From Planctomycetota bacterium (GTDB taxonomy: Bacteria > Planctomycetota > UBA1135 > UBA2386): 64,000 bases of DNA. Under the pieces are notes generated by a model. It saw only the letters and a list, made by a program, of their open reading frames with translations, had not been told where the DNA came from and did not search any database. Position numbers and translations under genes: made by a program. Where the stretch lies: assembly GCA_965228735.1 (NCBI GenBank), contig OZ245838.1, positions 2,752,001-2,816,000 of the forward strand, written 5' to 3'. Each line of letters starts with the position of its first letter. Position 1 is the first letter of the stretch. Below are positions 57,554-64,000 of the stretch, piece after piece.

Positions 57554-59523
57554 CGGCGTTCGTCGCGCAGCCCGTAGTCGAACGGGGCGAACGCGTCGGG
57601 GAACACGAACTCGAGATCGAACGGGCCGGCCGCGATCGGCGGCACCGCGAGATCGACCGTGACATGATCGTGGTCCACGGCCACGAATTCACCGACGACC
57701 TCGCCGAACGCGCACACCTGCACGCGCTGCGTCGGCGCGCGCTCGGCGTCCACGTTCGTCATCGCGTAGGTGAGCTCGAGCCGCAGCGGTCCGGTGTGCG
57801 CGGGCGCCTCGAAGCGCATGCGTGCGCGCCGACCGGCACTCCAGACGAACCCGCCCTCGTCGATGCTCCAGCCCTCGCGCAGGAACGGTCTGGCGTTGCC
57901 GTCGAAGCCGAAACGCAGCTCGTCACCCCAGTGGTAGGCCGCCGGCGCGAGCCGACGCGGGGCGGCGGCCTCCGCGGCGAACACCGACCAGCGCCGCCGG
58001 GCGAGATAGTCGGCGCCGGCCCGGACGCGGGCCGCGTTGCCGTAGAGCGCTTCGAGCTCGGTGTCCGCGCGATTGCGGTAGTCGACGAGCATCGGCACGA
58101 GCATGGAACGCGACGCGTGCTCCGACTGCGCGATCGCGAGCCCGACGCGATAGCTCTGGACCGCGCCGACGGTGAGCAGAACGAGTCCGGCGACGGCAAA
58201 CCACCGTAGGGCGGCCGGCGGCCGTGAGGAGTCGGCGGGTGCCCCCGCGCGCGCCGGAAGCCGCAGCAAGGCAGCGAGCAGCGTGACGAGCACCGCGATG
58301 ACCGGCAACGAGTAGGTCGCGTAGGCCGCGCGATACGCGAGGTGACCGTTGCCCGAACGACCGACGGCGATCATCGCGAGCGTCGCGAGCGCGAACGCGC
58401 CGACCCCGATCCAGATCCCCTGCCGCGCGAGATCGCGGCGCCGCCACAGCACGACCGTCGCGAACGTCAGCGCGAGCAACACGAGGATGCCGACGACCTC
58501 ACCGAGGTCACCCGCGGCCTCCCCGGACCCCGCGACCCACGCACCGCACAACGTGACGAAGAAGTCGAGCAGGCGTGCTGGCTCGAGCAGCGCCGACGTG
58601 ACCGACGCGTGGTGCACGGGCGTCCGATAGCCGATGAAGTAGACGCCCCACACGAGCCCGCCGACGATCAGCCACGACAACGCGAGCCGCACGATGGCGC
58701 CCCGGTTGCTCACCGCCTCCCGCCAGCACGGCAGCAGCAGCACGAGCCCGGCCGGCCAGGCCAGGAGCCCCATGGCCGACGAGAACGAGGCGGCCGTCGC
58801 GCCGAGGATCGCGCCCAGGAAGTGCCGGTTGCGCCCGCGTTTCGGAACGCCCCCGACAGCAGGGTCGCCGACCCGCCCGACCGCGACGTGCAGGTGGAAC
58901 ATCGCGATGAACGTGAACGTCAACGGCATCGTCAGCCCGATCTGGAAGCCCCAGAGCAGGTTCTCCGCCTGTCGCCAGCTCAGCAGCAACCACGCCACGA
59001 GCACGAACCACACGGGCGCGAGGCCGAACCGCAACCGCTCGCTGCGCCGCACCGCGAGGTAGGCGTAGAGCAGCATCACGCTCATGTGCAGCACGGTGAA
59101 CAGGCTCTGCGCCACGGTGTCGTACTGCGTCGCCCACGCGAGCAGGATCGCGCACGCCCGCGGGATGATGATGCGGTGCTCGTTGTGGAACGCGAGCAGC
59201 TCCGCGAGCCCGGCGTCGCCCGTGTCGATCGCCTCGAACAGGTGGACGAACTCCCACTCGTCCCAGAACGGCAGGTCGACGGCGTAGCTCGACACGTACG
59301 CGAACGTCGAGACCGCTGCCGCGAGACCGGCGATGCACCAGATCACCGACGGGCGGAACGGGCCGCGCACCTCGAGGCTGGTCACCCCGGCACTGGTCAC
59401 CCCGGCACTGGCCACGTTTGGGCTGGACTGGGACGACGGAGAAGGACTGGACGGCCGGCGGTTCAACGCCGGCGGATGGTATGGCGCAGCCGACGCGCTG
59501 TCATGCGTCGACCGCCCCATCAC
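57505..59523 (-). CDS. Polytopic membrane protein, GT-C-like, with a C-terminal periplasmic domain
   Basis: PFWDEW and HNEHRII after TM1; many TM segments; C-terminal GWS..E...WS...D.R.LG. Start uncertain. Confidence 0.65.
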   Translation of the reverse strand: MMGRSTHDSASAAPYHPPALNRRPSSPSPSSQSSPNVASAGVTSAGVTSLEVRGPFRPSVIWCIAGLAAAVSTFAYVSSYAVDLPFWDEWEFVHLFEAIDTGDAGLAELLAFHNEHRIIIPRACAILLAWATQYDTVAQSLFTVLHMSVMLLYAYLAVRRSERLRFGLAPVWFVLVAWLLLSWRQAENLLWGFQIGLTMPLTFTFIAMFHLHVAVGRVGDPAVGGVPKRGRNRHFLGAILGATAASFSSAMGLLAWPAGLVLLLPCWREAVSNRGAIVRLALSWLIVGGLVWGVYFIGYRTPVHHASVTSALLEPARLLDFFVTLCGAWVAGSGEAAGDLGEVVGILVLLALTFATVVLWRRRDLARQGIWIGVGAFALATLAMIAVGRSGNGHLAYRAAYATYSLPVIAVLVTLLAALLRLPARAGAPADSSRPPAALRWFAVAGLVLLTVGAVQSYRVGLAIAQSEHASRSMLVPMLVDYRNRADTELEALYGNAARVRAGADYLARRRWSVFAAEAAAPRRLAPAAYHWGDELRFGFDGNARPFLREGWSIDEGGFVWSAGRRARMRFEAPAHTGPLRLELTYAMTNVDAERAPTQRVQVCAFGEVVGEFVAVDHDHVTVDLAVPPIAAGPFDLEFVFPDAFAPFDYGLRDERRQLGVAVSSLTLSSLE

Positions 59524-59549
59524 CGGTCATCCGGCGCCCGGCGGGGCGC

Positions 59550-61568
59550 CTACCCGCCGACGACCAGCGCCGCGGCGTCGGACATCACGCCGCCGAGGCC
59601 ATTCGCCCCGGCATCGAACGCAAACGCCTGCGAGAAGAACCGCGTGCCGACGAACATCGTCGACGCCGGAATCGCCAGGTTGAACGACACCGTGTTGCCG
59701 GTGCCGAGCAGCAGCAGCGTGCTGTCGGGCGACGCGTAGCCGGTGCAGCCCGGCGCGCCGAACGGCGCGAGGTCGACCGGCAGCGGACCGAAGGCCGACG
59801 TCGTCCGGCTCAGACCGAGCCAGAACACCGCGGCGTTCGTCGGGACGTTGTCGACGTTCGCCGTCATCGTCGCGCCGACCACCGGCTGGCTCGACACCGT
59901 GTTCGTCGGCACGCCGAGCGAACCCGCGCAGCCCGCGCCGATGTAGCCGTAGCCGCCCACGCCCGTGACCGAGTTGGTCGCGTAGTAGAGCGCGCCGTTC
60001 CAGATGCGCGGGTCGAAGACCGTGCCGGAGAACAGCGGATCACCCTGCGTGATGCCGGCCGTGATCGTCAGGTCGCTGTTGCTGAACGTCTCCACCTGAC
60101 CCGTGTTGGTGTAGGACGGCGACGAGCCGATCTGCTGGATCGCGAGACCGTGAACGCCGCTCGCGAGGAAGACCGGCGTCGAGAAGCTCACGAACGTGCG
60201 CTCACCGGGGCCGGCCGCGGTGACCGTTTCGTTCGCGACCTCGCGCCACTCGGTCGGGTCGGTCTCGCTGCCGACGTAGGTGCCGGGCTTCTGCCAGAGC
60301 ACGACCGTCAACGGCTGGCCGATCGCCTGGTTGCTGCGGACGTGCATGCCACAGACCGTCAGGCCCTCGGGGTTGGTGACGTCCGCGTCGATGAAGTTCG
60401 TGCCGCCCGTCGCGGTCGCGCTGATGATCACACCGCCGACGTCGAGCGTCTCGAGTCCGGTCGCGACGGCGATCTCGCGGGTCAACGTGACCGTCGGCTG
60501 ACAGAGCCGCCCGACGTTGAGCGTGATCTCGACCGGCACGCAGCCGTTCGGATACACGAAGATCGGGTTCTGTGCGGTCGAGTCGGTCAGACCATCACCG
60601 TCGAGGTCCCAGTCCCAGCTGGTCGGCGTCGGCGTGCTCGTGTCCGTGAACTGGACCGTGTTCTGGCCGATGAGCGCGGCGGTGAAGTCGGGAGTCACGA
60701 TATCGGTGACGATGTAGTTCGTGCGCGTGAGCTGCGTCGTGCCGCCGGCGTCGAACATGAAAACCGTGACGTCGTACGACCCGCAGGTCGTGTAGGTCGT
60801 CGACGGGTTCTGGACGGTCGTATCGACCGTGCCGTCACCGTCGAGATCCCAGGCCCAGCCGACGATGCCGGACGGGTTCGAGGTCGCGCCGATGCCGGTG
60901 AACTGCACCGCGAGCGGCGTCGCTCCACCCGTCACGTCCGACGTGAAGCTCACGAACGTTCCGCCGACGACGTACTCGAGCGCGATGTTCGCGTGGCGCG
61001 GCGCGAAGCCGTTCCCCGTCGTCGGATCGAACGGATCGAGCGCGGACGACCGCCGCACGCGCGCCGACGACATGTCGAGCGTGACCTCCGCCGTGCTGTA
61101 GGTCGGCGGCAGCGCCGGCGTCGGCGAGTTCGGGTTGGTGTAGATCGGGTTGCCGCCGTCGTGATGCAGCGCCATCCCGTAGGTGCCCATCGGCAGGGAG
61201 ATCGGCGAGGTCAGCACGTAGGTCGTGCGCCCCCCGGTGAACGTGACCGTCACGGAAGACGCCAGGGTCCACACGGACGCGTTGGTCTCGTTGCCGTTCG
61301 CCGTCGTGCCGGCCGGCGTGAGGTAGACGTCGAGCTTGTTGGTCAGGCTGAACGTCGTCGCCATGTTCACATCGATCTCGGTGATGATGATCCCGCTCGG
61401 ATCCGTCACGTCGACCTCGAAGAGCTGCGTGATCGGCGACGGGTTGGAGTTGCTGACGACGAGGCCGCCGACGAAGTTCGTCGTGCCCGGTTGCACACCG
61501 GCCGTGACCGGGGATTGGGCAGTGACGAACGGGGCGGCGCAGAGCAGTGAGAGAAGGAGTCTTTGCAT
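59550..61568 (-). CDS. Secreted PKD-domain protein
   Basis: Signal peptide ...VTAQ; two PKD repeats (PLAVQFT...WAWDLDGDG...QNP; VQFTDTS...WDWDLDGDG...QNP). Confidence 0.85.
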   Translation of the reverse strand: MQRLLLSLLCAAPFVTAQSPVTAGVQPGTTNFVGGLVVSNSNPSPITQLFEVDVTDPSGIIITEIDVNMATTFSLTNKLDVYLTPAGTTANGNETNASVWTLASSVTVTFTGGRTTYVLTSPISLPMGTYGMALHHDGGNPIYTNPNSPTPALPPTYSTAEVTLDMSSARVRRSSALDPFDPTTGNGFAPRHANIALEYVVGGTFVSFTSDVTGGATPLAVQFTGIGATSNPSGIVGWAWDLDGDGTVDTTVQNPSTTYTTCGSYDVTVFMFDAGGTTQLTRTNYIVTDIVTPDFTAALIGQNTVQFTDTSTPTPTSWDWDLDGDGLTDSTAQNPIFVYPNGCVPVEITLNVGRLCQPTVTLTREIAVATGLETLDVGGVIISATATGGTNFIDADVTNPEGLTVCGMHVRSNQAIGQPLTVVLWQKPGTYVGSETDPTEWREVANETVTAAGPGERTFVSFSTPVFLASGVHGLAIQQIGSSPSYTNTGQVETFSNSDLTITAGITQGDPLFSGTVFDPRIWNGALYYATNSVTGVGGYGYIGAGCAGSLGVPTNTVSSQPVVGATMTANVDNVPTNAAVFWLGLSRTTSAFGPLPVDLAPFGAPGCTGYASPDSTLLLLGTGNTVSFNLAIPASTMFVGTRFFSQAFAFDAGANGLGGVMSDAAALVVGG

Positions 61569-61730
61569 CGGTGTAGCTGCGAGAAATGCGAGCCGGGCGG
61601 GGGCTCCCGGCGCGGCACACGATATCCGAGCGCCGCGCGCCGCAACGGTCCAGTAGCCGGGTGTTGCACCCGCGTGACAGATCGCGGAGCAACTGGTATC
61701 ACCCACCCCCCCCACGACGCGGCCGCGGGC

Positions 61731-62714
61731 ATGACCGACGAAGACGATCCACCGAAACCCCGCCGCCGCATCCGCGCGTCGAACATCCTGGCGCAGCTGA
61801 CGTCGGTCGGGTTCCCGTTCGCGATCGCAGGCCTCCTGCCGACCCGGCACTGGATCGTCGATCTGCCCGCGTGCTTTCCGGTGCAGGGCGGCGCGCTGCT
61901 GCTCGTCGGCGCGATCGGTCTCGCGATCGCGCGCCGCTGGTGGCTCGGCGCGATCTGGGGCCTCGGCGCCGTCGCCGCTCTCGTGGTCATCGCTCCGGGC
62001 CAGATCCGCTGCGCCGCCGAGCGACTGTCGGCCGACGAGGGCGCGCCGTCGGCCGGCCGGCTGACCGCGATCGCGCTCAACCTGCAACGCGGCGCCCATC
62101 GCCACGCGGACCGCGCGGTTCGGCTCCTGGAGACGGACACGCCGGATCTGCTGTTCGTCAGCGAGCTCACGCCGGGCTGGCACCGCGGCATGGCAACGGT
62201 GCTCGGACGCTATCCGTATCGGCACGAACAGGTCGACCCGGGCTACTACGGCCTCGCGCTGTACAGCCGGTATCCGATCACCGCCACGACCGTGCCGCTC
62301 GGTGTCGACTGGGCGCCGGCGATGCGCGCCACGGTGCGCACACCGTGGGGCGAGGTCGGCCTGCTCGGCATCCATCCCCCCCGCCCTGGCCGCCGCCACC
62401 GCAACGGCAACCGCGATGCCGCGCTGGCGGCGATTCCGGACCGCCTCGAGGGGTTGCCCGCCCGCCGGCTCGTGCTCGGCGACTTCAACGCGACGCCCTG
62501 GAACGGCGCGTTCTCGGATCTGCTCGGCGCGACCGAACTGCGGCACGGCAACGGCCTCGGCTTCGCGCCGTCCTGGCCCACGTCGCTCCCCTGGCCCTTC
62601 CGCGTCCCGATCGATCACGTGCTCGTCGGCGGCTCGCTCGTCGTCGAGGAGGTCGCGATCGGCGACTCGTTCGGCAGTGACCACGCGCCGCTCTTCGTGC
62701 GGGTGCGACTCTGA
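61731..62714 (+). CDS. Endonuclease/exonuclease/phosphatase family membrane-anchored protein
   Basis: N-terminal TM segments; PDLLFVSE, YSRYP, GDFNATPW, IDHVL, GSDHAP. Confidence 0.88.
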   Translation: MTDEDDPPKPRRRIRASNILAQLTSVGFPFAIAGLLPTRHWIVDLPACFPVQGGALLLVGAIGLAIARRWWLGAIWGLGAVAALVVIAPGQIRCAAERLSADEGAPSAGRLTAIALNLQRGAHRHADRAVRLLETDTPDLLFVSELTPGWHRGMATVLGRYPYRHEQVDPGYYGLALYSRYPITATTVPLGVDWAPAMRATVRTPWGEVGLLGIHPPRPGRRHRNGNRDAALAAIPDRLEGLPARRLVLGDFNATPWNGAFSDLLGATELRHGNGLGFAPSWPTSLPWPFRVPIDHVLVGGSLVVEEVAIGDSFGSDHAPLFVRVRL

Positions 62715-62743
62715 CCGCGAACCCCCTGCCCACGCTAGAGCCC

Positions 62744-63510
<767 letters not shown>

Positions 63511-63514
<4 letters not shown>

Positions 63515-64000
63515 TCTTCGCGCGGACCGCGACCGACCGCGCGCTGCGCCGGCTGTTCTGGCAGATCATGACCCGCGGCCGCACGGCGGCCGACGAGAAG
63601 GCGAAGAAGCGCATGGGCTCGATGGGCCTGAAGATGACCTTCTTCATCTACCTGATGTTCGGGCTCATGCCGGCGCTGACGGCATTCAACCTGCCAACGC
63701 TCGCGTTCGCGGGCGTCATGCACGGCGTGTCGCTGATGTTCGCGTCGCTCGCGCTCGCGGCCAGCGCCGGCAACCTGCTGTTCGCGCGCGAGGAGACCGA
63801 GATCCTGCTGCACCGCCCGGTCGAGCCGCGGCAGCTGCTGCAGGCCAAGGCCTGGGTCATCATCCGGTTCGCGCTCATCCTCGCGTTCGCGCTCAACTTC
63901 GTCGGCCTGATCACCGGCTCGATCCTGCCCGAGGTGAACTTGCTGTTCGCGCCGGTCCACCTGCTGTCGACGACGCTACTCATGGTCTTCTCGGCGGGCC
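63511..64000 (+). CDS. Putative ABC transporter permease (partial)
   Basis: GTGA overlap with the ATPase stop; hydrophobic frame open to the window end (..EETEILLHRPV..LLQAK). Confidence 0.75.

Noticed and set aside
59380..59412. 15-bp tandem duplication (SAGVT x2) near the membrane-protein N-terminus
   Set aside because: In-frame slippage in a disordered leader, with no sign of function.

Overview
Very GC-rich bacterial chromosomal window, densely coding and mostly housekeeping or envelope genes. A Planctomycetota-like origin is inferred from gene content and style, not proven. In order: ribE (partial), trmD-rplS, fused secDF, nadB, hflX, a large secreted S8 peptidase, pyc, kdsB-pyrG, two paralogous secreted repeat-domain proteins around a DUF1579-like gene, a CE15 esterase, a split TRAP transporter, an LPS/glycan cluster (GT9, GT4s, GT2, sugar kinase), sodB, mazG, apbE, a complete nqrA-F operon with an upstream nqrM-like gene, an orphan ACP, a GT2 with two RfbE-like epimerases and a GT-C-like membrane protein, a PKD surface protein, an EEP protein and an ABC transporter. 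Main observations: (1) a BCP/peroxiredoxin at 32629-33066, absent from the ORF track, has an in-frame TGA exactly at its catalytic Cys codon, so it is a probable selenoprotein with a candidate SECIS; (2) two unrelated secreted proteins share a ~130-aa C-terminal domain (candidate sorting or anchoring signal) and a ~150-aa internal domain; (3) a REP/MITE-like palindromic family (CCGTACGGTACCTGGTTCA) occurs at three intergenic sites; (4) the subtilase appears to have Glu-His-Ser rather than Asp-His-Ser; (5) a candidate sRNA with a strong intrinsic terminator follows mazG. No tRNA, rRNA, CRISPR array or transposase was recognised. All assignments were made by eye from motifs; no searches were run.
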